Part shown: in pieces, positions 43,082-53,720 of the stretch | How the letters are laid out: every line of letters starts with the position of its first letter | Position numbering within the stretch: position 1 is the first letter of the stretch | Assembly: GCA_964473565.1 (NCBI GenBank) | Contig: CAYYPI010000002.1 | Coordinates: forward strand, 3,095-67,094 | Source: an uncultured Gammaproteobacteria bacterium | Lineage (GTDB): Bacteria; Patescibacteriota; Patescibacteriia; Patescibacteriales; UBA12465 | Length of the DNA stretch: 64,000 nt | Direction: 5' to 3' | Made by a program: the position numbers and the translations under genes | The notes under the pieces: model-generated | Database searches by the model: none | What the model was told of the DNA's origin: nothing | The model's input: the letters and a program-made list of their open reading frames with translations, nothing else

Positions 43082-44479
43082 ATGAATAATGAAAAAGAAA
43101 AAAACTTAACACAAAGAGTACCACCTCAAAATCTAGAAGCAGAACAATCACTACTTGGTTGCCTGCTTATTGATAAAGACGCTATTGTTAAAATAGCTGA
43201 CAGTCTATTTGAAGATGATTTCTATAAGAATGCTCATGGTGTTATCTATAATATCATTAAAGATTTATTTAATCATCAACAACCAATTGACATCCTTACA
43301 GTTGCTAACCGCTTAGAAGAAAAAAAGAAATTAACAGAAGTAGGCGGACGCACTTATTTAGCTGAACTTTCAAATACTATTGCCACCTCAGCTAATGTAG
43401 CCAACTACTCACAAATCATTCAAAGAAAGGCAACTCTGAGAAGACTACAACATGCAGCTAGTGAAATCATGGATTTAAGCTTTAAAGAAGATGAGGATGT
43501 AGATAATATTTTAGATACTACAGAGAAAAAGATATTTGCTGTTTCTAGAAAATACATGAATGCCACCTTCTCTCCTATTGATACACTTTTAACAGATGCT
43601 TTTGACAGAATTGATGAACTTCATAAGCAAAGTGGGAAATTAAGAGGAGTGCCTACTGGTTTTAATAAGCTAGACAGTCTCTTAGCAGGACTACAGAAAT
43701 CTGATTTAATTATTTTAGCTGCTAGACCTAGTGTTGGTAAAACTGCCTTTGCTTTAGATATAGCTAGAAATGTTGCTACTAAAGATAAAACTGGAGTAGC
43801 AGTCTTTTCACTGGAAATGAGTAAAGAGCAAATGGTAGATAGAATGCTCTGTGCTGAGTCAGGTGTAAATCTTTGGAAAATGAGAACTGGTAATTTATCT
43901 GACAAAGAAGATGATAATGATTTCTCTAAAATAGGAGAGTCTATGGGGGTACTGGCTGACTCACCAATATACATTGACGATTCTCCGACTTCTTCTATAA
44001 TGGAAATCAGAGCTAAAGCTAGAAGATTACAAATGGAAAAAGATTTAGGATTAATCATTATTGATTATTTACAATTAATGGAAGGTAGGGGTAAATATGG
44101 AGATAACAGAGTGCAGGAAGTAGCTGAAATTAGTAGAGGGCTAAAGGCAGTGGCTAGAGAGTTAGATATACCGGTATTAGCTCTAGCACAGCTATCTCGT
44201 GCTGTAGAGCAATCATCACCTGCTATACCTAAGCTTTCTCACTTAAGAGATTCTGGATCTATTGAGCAGGATGCTGATGTAGTTATGTTTCTATATCGTA
44301 AAGCAGCTGATAAGAACTATAATGAGGATGACTTATCTGAAGAAGAAAAAAATAGTGCTAAGGTTTATATTGCTAAGCACAGAAATGGACCAACAGGAGA
44401 AATTAATCTTTTCTTTGATAAAAATACTGTTAGCTATAAAAATCTTGACACTCAACATGAAGCTCCGCCTGAGTTTTAG
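43082..44479 (+). CDS. dnaB: replicative DNA helicase
   Basis: PPQNLEAEQSLLGCLL, ARPSVGKTAFAL, IIDYLQLM and SRAVEQ. Confidence 0.95.
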   Translation: MNNEKEKNLTQRVPPQNLEAEQSLLGCLLIDKDAIVKIADSLFEDDFYKNAHGVIYNIIKDLFNHQQPIDILTVANRLEEKKKLTEVGGRTYLAELSNTIATSANVANYSQIIQRKATLRRLQHAASEIMDLSFKEDEDVDNILDTTEKKIFAVSRKYMNATFSPIDTLLTDAFDRIDELHKQSGKLRGVPTGFNKLDSLLAGLQKSDLIILAARPSVGKTAFALDIARNVATKDKTGVAVFSLEMSKEQMVDRMLCAESGVNLWKMRTGNLSDKEDDNDFSKIGESMGVLADSPIYIDDSPTSSIMEIRAKARRLQMEKDLGLIIIDYLQLMEGRGKYGDNRVQEVAEISRGLKAVARELDIPVLALAQLSRAVEQSSPAIPKLSHLRDSGSIEQDADVVMFLYRKAADKNYNEDDLSEEEKNSAKVYIAKHRNGPTGEINLFFDKNTVSYKNLDTQHEAPPEF

Positions 44480-44532
44480 AAAATATCTAATTAATGATAA
44501 AATAAAGTTAATAACTAATATAAATAAAAAAT

Positions 44533-44808
44533 ATGTTCAACAAATTAAAACAATTCAAAGACATGCGTAGTCAAGCTAAGGATCTGCAAAGCAAATTAGC
44601 CCAAGAGCATGTAACAGAAGAATCAAATGGTGTAGAGGTTAAATTAAATGGCAATCTTGAAATAGAATCAATTAAAATTAATACTGAACTAGAAAAAGAT
44701 TACCTAGAAAGAACCATTAAAGACCTTACCAATAAAGCTATTAAGAAAGCTCAGAAAATAATGGCTAAAAAAATGCAAGAAATGGGTGGAATTCCTGGCC
44801 TAAGCTAA
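44533..44808 (+). CDS. ybaB: YbaB/EbfC nucleoid-associated protein
   Basis: 91 aa with the typical size, pattern and C-terminal GGIPGL. Adjacent to recR. Confidence 0.8.
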   Translation: MFNKLKQFKDMRSQAKDLQSKLAQEHVTEESNGVEVKLNGNLEIESIKINTELEKDYLERTIKDLTNKAIKKAQKIMAKKMQEMGGIPGLS

Positions 44809-44855
44809 AAGATTATATTTGTATTGTATATAAAATATAAGTTCTAGATATATAA

Positions 44856-44890
44856 AAATAACCTCAAATTAAATGAGGTTATTTTTATTT
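44856..44890 (+). terminator. rho-independent terminator
   Basis: AAATAACCTCA / TGAGGTTATTT stem followed by a T-rich tail. Confidence 0.65.
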
Positions 44891-44923
44891 GCTAAATGAG
44901 CTTTAATTTCATATAATAAAATC

Positions 44924-45520
44924 ATGAAATACCCTAAAACTATAGCCAAACTAATTGAACATTTTCAGAAGCTTCCAAGCGTTGGGCCTAAGACAGCTGA
45001 ACGCTATGTTTTTTATTTGCTTAAAAAATCTCCTCAAGAATTAGCTGACTTCGCATATAACCTTAATCAATTAAAAACAAGCACTAAAACTTGTAACTAT
45101 TGCCAAGGAATTAGTGAGACTAATCCTTGTGAGATTTGTGGTGATAAAAATAGAGATAGATCTATACTTTGTGTTATGGCTAATACCCAAGAAATGATTA
45201 GTTTAGAGAATACTCATAAATACAATGGTTTATACTTCATTTTAAATAACCTGATAAATACTATTGAAAATCAAGGTCCAGAAAATTTGAATATAAATAA
45301 ATTAATAGATAGGGTAAAAAAAGAAAATATAAAAGAAGTTATATTGGCTCTTAGTCCTACCTTAGAGGGTGAAAGCACACTAATGTATTTATCTAAAATA
45401 TTAAAAAAAGAAGGTCTAAGAGTAAGTCGTTTAGCTAGAGGTTTGCCACTAGGATCTTCATTGGAATATACTGATGAAGTTACTCTTTCTCAATCATTAA
45501 AGTATAGGAATATTCTTTAA
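44924..45520 (+). CDS. recR: recombination protein RecR
   Basis: LPSVGPKTAERY HhH motif, a Cys4 zinc finger (CNYCQ...CEIC) and a Toprim region. Confidence 0.9.
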   Translation: MKYPKTIAKLIEHFQKLPSVGPKTAERYVFYLLKKSPQELADFAYNLNQLKTSTKTCNYCQGISETNPCEICGDKNRDRSILCVMANTQEMISLENTHKYNGLYFILNNLINTIENQGPENLNINKLIDRVKKENIKEVILALSPTLEGESTLMYLSKILKKEGLRVSRLARGLPLGSSLEYTDEVTLSQSLKYRNIL

Positions 45521-45521
45521 T

Positions 45522-45552
45522 AAAAAAATCCGTTTAAATAACGGATTTTATT
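45522..45552. terminator. bidirectional terminator (recR / rplU convergent)
   Basis: AAATCCGTT / AACGGATTT stem. Confidence 0.7.
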
Positions 45553-45574
45553 ATATCTGAGTTGAAACTTGTTT

Positions 45575-45889
45575 TTAAGCTATTTTTTCAATCTTAACCA
45601 AACTATATGGTTGACGATGACCTTTAGTTCTTTTATATCTAGTCTTATTCTTGTACTTAACCACTGTGATCTTTTTATCTTTATCCTGTTTTTCAATGGT
45701 ACCAGAAACTTTTTCACCTAAACTTGGTTCTCCCAAATTAATTTCTTTACCGTCAGTAGAAGCAACTAAAAGAGTATCAAACTTAATTTTTGATTTTTCT
45801 TCACTATCCAATTTTTCAATTTTAATAGTTTCACCTTCTTTTACCTTATACTGCTTACCACCGGTTTTAATAACTGCAATTTTACTCAT
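45575..45889 (-). CDS. rplU: 50S ribosomal protein L21
   Basis: AVIKTGGKQYKV and KYKNKTRYKRTKGHRQ. Confidence 0.9.
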   Translation of the reverse strand: MSKIAVIKTGGKQYKVKEGETIKIEKLDSEEKSKIKFDTLLVASTDGKEINLGEPSLGEKVSGTIEKQDKDKKITVVKYKNKTRYKRTKGHRQPYSLVKIEKIA

Positions 45890-46018
45890 ATGATAATTAA
45901 TTAAATTAATTATTTAAAAAACGTGGGGCAACCACGCCTATAGAAATATATTAACAAAGATTTGAAAAATGTCAACAAATAAGATACTATTAAAGTAATT
46001 AAACATAAATATAATTAT

Positions 46019-47275
46019 ATGCCTAAATTTATCATTCAAGGACAAAAGCCGCTTAAAGGAGAAATCTCAGTAAAGGGCGCTAAAAATTCAGCTTTAAAGA
46101 TTATTCCTGCCTCTATTTTGTCAACTGAAACCATAAAGATTAAAAACTTACCAGAAATAGAAGATATTGGAAAATCACTTGATCTATTATCCTCTTTAGG
46201 GGCCAGTATTAGACATAGCGGTGATGAAGTTGATATAGAAACTAAAGACATTAATACTGGAGTCTTAGAGCCTAAACTAGCAGACAAATTTAGAACCTCT
46301 ATGATGTTTGTAGGGCCATTACTAGCCCGTTTTAAAGAAGTTCGCTTCCCTCACCCAGGCGGATGTGTTATTGGTGCTGGTGGTAGACCTATTGATTTAT
46401 TCTTAGAAGGTTTTAAAGCCTTAGGTGCTGAAATTAATGTCAAAGGAAAATTTTATGAAATTAAAGCTAAAGAGCTTAAAGGTAATGATTATTTTTTTAC
46501 CAATGTTAGTGTGACAGGTACTGAAAGCCTTATGATGACAGCTACCTTAGCTAAAGGCACAACTACCTTAAAAAATTGCGCTATGGAACCAGAGATAAAA
46601 GCTTTAGCTGATTATTTAAATAAACAAGGCGCTAAAATAAAAGGGGCTGGTAGTGCAACTATAGTTATTGAAGGTGTGAAAAAATTAAGCGCTGGTACCT
46701 TTAAAATTGTGCCTGATAGGATTGAAACAGGCTCCTTCGCTATTATGGCAGCAGCTACTAAATCTGAACTTAAAATCACTAACTGTGAACCAAACCATGT
46801 TCTTAGTTTACTGGCTATATTTAAGAAAATTGGAATTAATTTTGAACAAGGTCAAGACTGGATAAAAATTAAAGCAACGCAGAAATTTAAACCTTATAAC
46901 ATTAAAACTCATGAATATCCTGGCTTCCCTACTGACTTACAATCTCCTTACACTGTTTTAATGACTCAAGCCTCTGGTCTTAGCACAATTCATGAAACTA
47001 TCTATGATCGTAGGCTGCTCTATATTGATATGCTTTCTCAAATGGGCGCTAATATTATCATGTGTGACCCACACAGAGCAGTGGTTAATGGACCTACTGC
47101 ACTACATGGTAAAAAACTAATTAGCCCTGACATTAGAGCAGGTATAGCTCTTATCATTGCTGCTTTAATTGCAAAAGGACAAACAGAAATTGATAATATT
47201 TATCAAATTGATAGAGGTTATGAAAAAATAGACGAACGCTTAAGAAACTTAGGAGCTGATATAGTTAGAGTATAA
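46019..47275 (+). CDS. murA: UDP-N-acetylglucosamine 1-carboxyvinyltransferase
   Basis: VKGAKNSALK, active-site region HPGGCVIGAGGRPID and the C-terminal IDRGYEKIDERL. Confidence 0.95.
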   Translation: MPKFIIQGQKPLKGEISVKGAKNSALKIIPASILSTETIKIKNLPEIEDIGKSLDLLSSLGASIRHSGDEVDIETKDINTGVLEPKLADKFRTSMMFVGPLLARFKEVRFPHPGGCVIGAGGRPIDLFLEGFKALGAEINVKGKFYEIKAKELKGNDYFFTNVSVTGTESLMMTATLAKGTTTLKNCAMEPEIKALADYLNKQGAKIKGAGSATIVIEGVKKLSAGTFKIVPDRIETGSFAIMAAATKSELKITNCEPNHVLSLLAIFKKIGINFEQGQDWIKIKATQKFKPYNIKTHEYPGFPTDLQSPYTVLMTQASGLSTIHETIYDRRLLYIDMLSQMGANIIMCDPHRAVVNGPTALHGKKLISPDIRAGIALIIAALIAKGQTEIDNIYQIDRGYEKIDERLRNLGADIVRV

Positions 47276-47278
47276 TAT

Positions 47279-48619
47279 ATGAATGCAAAAATAAGAGCTA
47301 GACTTTTTTATATTTTTATCTTCTTTTTTGTAGTGATAACCATGTTCACTTCTCTTTATGCTACTGGTTATAGATTTAATTTAACCTGGCCTTTAGAATT
47401 TGAAGGTATTTTAATTAAAACAGGGACGCTGCAAATCAAAACTGAACCTAAAGGAGTGAAAGTCTTTTTAGATAAAAGCACTAAAAATATTTTTTCCAAT
47501 ACTGCTAAAATACAAGGACAAGCCACAACCCCGGTGAAAATACGAAACCTTTTACCAGGTGAATATAAATTAAGCTTAAAAGAACAGGGTTATTGGACTT
47601 GGGAAAAAAAGATAAACATTGAACCTGGAGTTTTTCTCTACTTAGATAATATTACTTTATTTAAAAAAACCTTACCTTTAAACATTTATAGCACAGAAGT
47701 TCAAGATCTTTATCCTAGTCCTGATTATAAATATGCTTATCTAAGCCAGGAACAAGCAATTATTGATTTAAAAACTGAAAATAAAATAGGAGAAATTGAT
47801 GAAAAAACAGACAATGTTACTTGGTCCCAGGATAGTGAAAAATTAATCACTAATAATTTAATCTATGATGTAAGAACTAATACTGTTAATACTTTCAGTG
47901 ATGATATTGAAGGTGATATTGATAATTTTCAGTGCTCTGATGATGCTAAAACTATTAGCTACCAACAAGAAGAAATAATAAAACAATATGATGTTAAAAA
48001 AAGTGAAGATAATATTTTAATCTCAACAAAAAACAACTGCCAAGATTTTATTATAAAAAATAATAAACTTATCTATATTATTAATAATAATAAGGAGAGT
48101 CAGCTTATAATAAACAACTTAGATGATGATGAGAAAACTATAATCAATCTACCCCTGGCAAATAACTATCAATTTATCAACACTGATAATAAATACCTAA
48201 ACATCTTAGAAAAAAATCATCAAACTCTTTATATCTTAGATGATAATTCAAGGTACTCACACTTTCTGGCTAAAATTAATAATTTTAAAGAAGGTGTTTG
48301 GATTAATGATTATCAACTTTTATACATCAGTGACTTAGAATTTTTTATACATGATCTTAGAATTAATGAATCTGAATTAATAACTAGAGTCTCAGATAAA
48401 ATTGATAGTTTGCTTTGGCATGATAATAAGCAATATATATTATACACCAGTGACTCCTCCCTTTTTGCTATTGATTGGACTAATAGAAAATATACTATCA
48501 CCAAAATTATTACCTTAGAAGAAATTAAATCTCCATTTCTTGACCAAAAAAATGACACCGTATATTTCACTGCTAAAATAGGACAGCAATCTGGTTTATA
48601 TAAAATGCAAATACAGTAA
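47279..48619 (+). CDS. membrane-anchored PEGA-domain protein
   Basis: N-terminal TM and a PEGA-like KTEPKGVKVFLD...PGEYKLSLKEQGY. 3 nt after murA. Confidence 0.55.
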   Translation: MNAKIRARLFYIFIFFFVVITMFTSLYATGYRFNLTWPLEFEGILIKTGTLQIKTEPKGVKVFLDKSTKNIFSNTAKIQGQATTPVKIRNLLPGEYKLSLKEQGYWTWEKKINIEPGVFLYLDNITLFKKTLPLNIYSTEVQDLYPSPDYKYAYLSQEQAIIDLKTENKIGEIDEKTDNVTWSQDSEKLITNNLIYDVRTNTVNTFSDDIEGDIDNFQCSDDAKTISYQQEEIIKQYDVKKSEDNILISTKNNCQDFIIKNNKLIYIINNNKESQLIINNLDDDEKTIINLPLANNYQFINTDNKYLNILEKNHQTLYILDDNSRYSHFLAKINNFKEGVWINDYQLLYISDLEFFIHDLRINESELITRVSDKIDSLLWHDNKQYILYTSDSSLFAIDWTNRKYTITKIITLEEIKSPFLDQKNDTVYFTAKIGQQSGLYKMQIQ

Positions 48620-48694
48620 AAAAACTAATTATATATTGACATAAATTATTATATATTTTAATGTATATTAATTAGAACATTAAAACTAAATATT

Positions 48695-49015
48695 ATGAGA
48701 CACTTTAAAGTTATGACAAGAACGGTGCTTACCCTGATAATGATTGTAGTAAATCTTATACCAATAATTGGTCCATCATTAATATCTCACGCGATAGGAC
48801 GTAATATTCAAAGACATAGATTAACCATTACAGATGGAATTACACCTATTGTATTGGGAACTACAATATTTTATTTAATAATAGGATTATGGGCCAGTGT
48901 AAATAATTTATTTTTTTATGCTGTATTAATTGGATTTATAAGTAATTTATTATTTTCAATTACGCTATATTTTATTGGACATAAACAATACAAAAAAGAA
49001 CATTATTCTCCTTAG
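48695..49015 (+). CDS. small membrane protein
   Basis: 106 aa with 3 hydrophobic helices. Confidence 0.45.
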   Translation: MRHFKVMTRTVLTLIMIVVNLIPIIGPSLISHAIGRNIQRHRLTITDGITPIVLGTTIFYLIIGLWASVNNLFFYAVLIGFISNLLFSITLYFIGHKQYKKEHYSP

Positions 49016-49017
49016 AA

Positions 49018-49048
49018 CCAAAAAACCTGATTAAAATCAGGTTTTTTA
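49018..49048. terminator. bidirectional terminator
   Basis: AAAACCTGAT / ATCAGGTTTT stem. Confidence 0.7.
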
Positions 49049-49071
49049 ATTTAAAAGATTTAAAATTAATA

Positions 49072-49950
49072 TTATAAACCTTTAGCCATTTTTTTAATAA
49101 ATTCCTTTAAGTCTTTACCAACTTCTTTATCTTTTATACCTAGTTTTAAAGTAGTTTTAATAAAATTAAACTTATTGCCAGTATCCAACCATTCACCATC
49201 AATCTTCTTTCCATAAAGAGGGCGATCACTTTGCAACATAATATCAAAAGCATCAGCTAATCTTAACTCACCAGATTTACCACTCTTCATCGAGCCTAAA
49301 GTTTTAAATACTTCAGAATTTATAACATAAATACCCACAGCCACTAAATTAGAAGGTGCATCTTCAGGGTCCGGTTTTTCTACAAATTTATCTATTTCAT
49401 ATACTCCATTGCCTAAATCTTTACCAGATATTACACCAAACTTATTAACTTCACTAGGATCCACCTCTGCTAAGCCAATAACAGGATCTCCATATTTTTC
49501 ATAAACATCAATCACTTGCTTAGCTGGTGATATTTTAGCATCATACAAGGTATCACCAAACATAACCAAAACTGGCTCATTAGCAACTATATGACTAGCA
49601 CAATTTACAGCATGACCATCTCCTAAAGGTAGAGCCTGTCTAACATAAGAAAACTTAGCTAAATTTTCTATCTCTCTTACTTTTTTAATCATGTCAGTTT
49701 TATTCTTTTCTACTAATCGGGTCTCTAATTCAAATGATTTATCAAAATGATCCTCAATAGCATGCTTACCACGTCCAGTTACAAAAATAATTTCCTCAAT
49801 ACCAGCTTTAACAGCATCTTCTGCTAAATATTGAATAGCTGGCTTATCCACTACTGGTAACATTTCCTTGGGTTGAGCTTTGGTAGCTGGCAAAAATCTA
49901 GTTCCAAAACCTGCAACAGGAAATACAGCTTTTTTTACTTTCTTTATCAT
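49072..49950 (-). CDS. galU: UTP--glucose-1-phosphate uridylyltransferase
   Basis: PVAGFGTRFLPATKAQPKEMLPV. Confidence 0.9.
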   Translation of the reverse strand: MIKKVKKAVFPVAGFGTRFLPATKAQPKEMLPVVDKPAIQYLAEDAVKAGIEEIIFVTGRGKHAIEDHFDKSFELETRLVEKNKTDMIKKVREIENLAKFSYVRQALPLGDGHAVNCASHIVANEPVLVMFGDTLYDAKISPAKQVIDVYEKYGDPVIGLAEVDPSEVNKFGVISGKDLGNGVYEIDKFVEKPDPEDAPSNLVAVGIYVINSEVFKTLGSMKSGKSGELRLADAFDIMLQSDRPLYGKKIDGEWLDTGNKFNFIKTTLKLGIKDKEVGKDLKEFIKKMAKGL

Positions 49951-49955
49951 ACTTT

Positions 49956-50747
49956 TTAATTTTTAATTTTTATTTTATTCCATTTATAAAAATACTTTAA
50001 CCATGATTTAATATGCTCTCTAACAATCCTGTTAGTAAAAAAGGCTAAATACCAAGCACCTTGTGCACTTTCTCTTTGATGATCATGAATAAGAGTAGCT
50101 TCAGGGTTATATATTACTTTATAATCATTATGCCAAGCAGACCTGCAAAGATCAATGTCTTCAAAGTACATAAAATATCTTTCATCAAAACTTAAGTTGC
50201 TATTTTTTCTAATCATTAAAGATGATCCCATTAACCAGTCTACCTCTTTGATTTCATTATGATTAAAATCTTTCATTAAAAACCAATCAATATGCTTTTT
50301 AAAAAACTTAGCTAAAAAAGTACGTCTAATAATAGGTGTGTAAAATTTAGGAAATCTAGCACAAGAATATTGCAGGCTCCTGTCTGGATTTAAAAGTTTT
50401 GGACCTACTACAGCCACCTCTTTATTATGTTTAATATAATTAAACAAAATTTTAATAGTATCTTTTTCTACTAAAGTGTCAGGATTAAGTATTAAGCAAA
50501 ATTCTCCTTGAGCTCTAGTAATTCCCATATTATTACCTCCTCCCATGCCTTTGTTTTTAAAGCTTGAAATAAAGATTATTTCTGGATATTTTTGTTTTAA
50601 GCTACTAGCAATATTTTCCTTTGAATTATTATCAACTACAATAATCTCATAATTAAGTCCTTTCATGTCAGCATTAAAAATAGACTCTAATAAACTTAAA
50701 GTCTTAAGAGCGCTATTATAGTTAACAATAATAATACTCAAATCCAT
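49956..50747 (-). CDS. glycosyltransferase family 2
   Basis: LSIIIVNYNS, VVDNNS and a DxD-like EDIDL. Confidence 0.8.
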   Translation of the reverse strand: MDLSIIIVNYNSALKTLSLLESIFNADMKGLNYEIIVVDNNSKENIASSLKQKYPEIIFISSFKNKGMGGGNNMGITRAQGEFCLILNPDTLVEKDTIKILFNYIKHNKEVAVVGPKLLNPDRSLQYSCARFPKFYTPIIRRTFLAKFFKKHIDWFLMKDFNHNEIKEVDWLMGSSLMIRKNSNLSFDERYFMYFEDIDLCRSAWHNDYKVIYNPEATLIHDHQRESAQGAWYLAFFTNRIVREHIKSWLKYFYKWNKIKIKN

Positions 50748-50749
50748 AC

Positions 50750-51808
50750 TTATACTAATCTTTTAACAATTTTATAATAAAATATAACTAATGGACTAAA
50801 TAGTTTAAGCGCTAAGCTTGGCTTAGCTCCAAACTCTAATTTAGCACTTATGCTATCAAATAATTCTTTGTCGCTAATTTTTTGTATTCCTTTAATTCTT
50901 TTTCTCTCTCTTCTTATTGTAGCAATATTTTTAAAAGAAAAGAAATATTTATATGTTTTTAATTTAATAAGTAACCATGAATTAAATGAAGAGTATATAA
51001 TTAATCCCAATTCACTTAGTATTAAAGCTGGTGTAAGAAGTAGCAAGGTTTTAATATTATAAAATAAAAATAGAGTCATTAACCTATTTCTTTCCATATA
51101 ATATAACATTCTAATACTTCTAGAAAACTCATACTTATGATAAACCACTGATTTAGGAGCTAAGATTATATTGTATCCTAAAAGTCTTGTCTTTAAACTA
51201 AGCTCAACATCATCATGATACATATAAAATTCTTCATTATAACCAGCAATCTCTTCAAATACTTCTTTTCTAATTAGAAAAGAACAGCCAGAGGCATAAG
51301 TAAATTTATGATTATAATTGTTTATCTTCCTATCATCTTTACCATAATAACTAACAAGTCCAAAACCTAAAAAGTGCAAATTATTACCTAAAGTGTTAAT
51401 TTTTTCTCTGCCTTTATTTTCTTTATCATATAACAGTATTTTAGATTGAATGATGCCTGCCTCTTTATTGTTTTCAGCGCTAAGCACCAGCTCTTTTAAC
51501 CAATCCCTTTTAAAAACAGTATCCATATTGCAAATTACAATATAATCACAATTATCTTCAATAGCTTTTTTTGCTCCTAAATTATTAGCAGCTGCATAAT
51601 TTCCATCTTCCCTGCTTAAAACTTTAGCTTCTGGATAATTATTTGATAAATAAAAAAGGCTTTCTGAGCTAGAAGCATTATCTACAATATATACATAATA
51701 TTTATCTTTAGGATAGTCTTGCAACATTAAAGATTGCCAAGCTTCTGCTAAATATTTTTTGGCATAATCTTTATAGTTTACTAAGACGATTCCTACTTTC
51801 TTGTTCAT
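50750..51808 (-). CDS. glycosyltransferase family 2 with C-terminal TM segments
   Basis: GIVLVNY, IVDNAS and HDDVEL. Confidence 0.8.
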   Translation of the reverse strand: MNKKVGIVLVNYKDYAKKYLAEAWQSLMLQDYPKDKYYVYIVDNASSSESLFYLSNNYPEAKVLSREDGNYAAANNLGAKKAIEDNCDYIVICNMDTVFKRDWLKELVLSAENNKEAGIIQSKILLYDKENKGREKINTLGNNLHFLGFGLVSYYGKDDRKINNYNHKFTYASGCSFLIRKEVFEEIAGYNEEFYMYHDDVELSLKTRLLGYNIILAPKSVVYHKYEFSRSIRMLYYMERNRLMTLFLFYNIKTLLLLTPALILSELGLIIYSSFNSWLLIKLKTYKYFFSFKNIATIRRERKRIKGIQKISDKELFDSISAKLEFGAKPSLALKLFSPLVIFYYKIVKRLV

Positions 51809-51848
51809 AACTTAAATTAAATAATTTAATTCTTTTATATTAAACAAA

Positions 51849-52709
51849 TTAAGTTCTTTGCTTAATCTTCACTTTCAAACTTTGCTTAAAAAACCAAGTA
51901 AAAAATAATACTAACTGCCAGGCTAAATAAAGAATAAAATACTGCCAATATGGGTGCCACTTTTTAAAATATTTAAGCATGGAATCAGAAAAATACTTTT
52001 GTGTTTGATAAGTTTTAAGTTGCGAAAAGCTTTTCCCTACTAAATCAACAGCCTTAGCACTATCAGTGTACCAAACCTCTTTATTCTTAGATCTAGCATA
52101 TTTACAAAAATCAACTTCCTCAAACCATAGAAAATATCTTTCATCCAATAAATAACTAGCAAAAGAATCTTTATTAATACAAAAAAAGGCTCCTCGTACT
52201 GAATCTACTTGAGAGCTTTTGTTATAATTAAAATCTTTTCTAAGATATTTGTTTAAAACTCTAGGTAATAAATGAGGTAATTTTAAAACAATACTTAATT
52301 GATCAAAAAATCCTGGAAAACGACGCACATGTTTAACAATAGCACCTTTTTCATCAACCAGTTTGCAACTAGCAACGTCAGCCTGAGGATTATTTTTTAA
52401 CCAAGTGATAAAATTATCCAAAGTGTCTCTTTCTAATTTCATGTCAGGATTTAAAAGTAGTATATATTTACCTTGAGATTTTTTTATTCCCTGATTACAA
52501 GCTTTAGCAAAACCTAAATTTTCTTTATTTCTAATTAAATTTACATCCGGAAAGGTGTGCTTAACCATATTAGCACTATCATCTGAGGAATTATTATCTG
52601 CTACAATAATTTCAAAACTAAAATCACCTAGACTTTGATAAATAGATTTAATATTCTCCCTTAACTTATCTTTCACATTCCAAGAAACAATTATTATTGA
52701 TATATCCAT
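51849..52709 (-). CDS. glycosyltransferase family 2
   Basis: ISIIIVSWN, VADNNSSD and EEVDFC. Confidence 0.8.
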   Translation of the reverse strand: MDISIIIVSWNVKDKLRENIKSIYQSLGDFSFEIIVADNNSSDDSANMVKHTFPDVNLIRNKENLGFAKACNQGIKKSQGKYILLLNPDMKLERDTLDNFITWLKNNPQADVASCKLVDEKGAIVKHVRRFPGFFDQLSIVLKLPHLLPRVLNKYLRKDFNYNKSSQVDSVRGAFFCINKDSFASYLLDERYFLWFEEVDFCKYARSKNKEVWYTDSAKAVDLVGKSFSQLKTYQTQKYFSDSMLKYFKKWHPYWQYFILYLAWQLVLFFTWFFKQSLKVKIKQRT

Positions 52710-52710
52710 A

Positions 52711-52986
52711 TTATTTACTAATACTTACTCTCTTAATTTTACTCGTATGCCCATTTATTATATTAACATTATTTAAAGGCACTTTAAATTCTTGAGACAA
52801 AAGCTGTCTTAGCTCTAAATTAGCTTTACCCTTCTCTGGAGGACTAGAGACTCTAATCTTTAAAGCTCCGTCACTCATTGTTTCTTTAATATCGCTACTT
52901 TTAGACTGAGGTGATAATCTACAGTCAATAACAAAGCTTCCCTTCTTTTTTAAGCTGCTCTTATATTTATCAATTAGATTATTCAT
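52711..52986 (-). CDS. DUF167 (YggU-like) protein
   Basis: PPEKGKAN...GHTSKIKRV pattern. Confidence 0.65.
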   Translation of the reverse strand: MNNLIDKYKSSLKKKGSFVIDCRLSPQSKSSDIKETMSDGALKIRVSSPPEKGKANLELRQLLSQEFKVPLNNVNIINGHTSKIKRVSISK

Positions 52987-53123
52987 ATACCTACATCATA
53001 CAAATTAAAAAGACAAAAGACAAGTAGAATATAATAAAAATTATCTTAGATTTTAGTTGAATTATCTATATAGTTCTGGTAATATAAAAATGCAAGAACT
53101 AATATAATAATATATTTTAATAT

Positions 53124-53684
53124 ATGGTACTATCAGATAAAGATATTAAAAAAGAAGTAAAAAATGGGAATATTATAATCAATCCTTTCAATGAAGATAT
53201 GATACAACCTGCTAGCGTTGACTTGCGTTTAGATAAAGAGTTTTTAATATTTAATACCGTTGATAATTATGTTATTGATGTAAAAAATAAAACTGATAAC
53301 CTCATGGCGAAAAAAGTTATAGACGAAGATAAACCCTTTATCTTACAACCCCAGCAATTTGCACTGGGTCTTATTTTAGAAGAAACAGGTGTTTCAGAAA
53401 AATTGGTAGGCAGATTAGAAGGTAAAAGCTCCCTAGGAAGACTAGGATTAATAATTCACACTACTGCTGGTTATCTTGATCCAGGCAATTCCCTTAAAAT
53501 GACTTTAGAGCTCTTTAATGCTGGTCCTCTACCAATAAAGTTATACTACAACATGAAGATAGGACAAATGGCTTTTGAATATTTATCATCTGCCTGCGAA
53601 AAACCATATGGCTCTAAAGGCTTAAATAGTAAATACTATAAAGATCAAGAACCTAAAGCATCACAAATGTATAAAAACTTTTAA
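53124..53684 (+). CDS. dcd: dCTP deaminase (Dcd/dUTPase-fold)
   Basis: MVLSDKDIK..., IQPASVDLRL and GKSSLGRLGL. Confidence 0.85.
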   Translation: MVLSDKDIKKEVKNGNIIINPFNEDMIQPASVDLRLDKEFLIFNTVDNYVIDVKNKTDNLMAKKVIDEDKPFILQPQQFALGLILEETGVSEKLVGRLEGKSSLGRLGLIIHTTAGYLDPGNSLKMTLELFNAGPLPIKLYYNMKIGQMAFEYLSSACEKPYGSKGLNSKYYKDQEPKASQMYKNF

Positions 53685-53720
53685 TAAGATAATTTTAGAT
53701 AATAAACTAAATGCAAACAT

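Noticed and set aside
53124-53684. dCTP deaminase as a stand-alone anti-phage nucleotide-depletion gene.
   Set aside because: It heads an operon with thyA, a DHFR-like gene and kinases, which fits housekeeping dTTP synthesis. It has no extra kinase-like or sensor domain.
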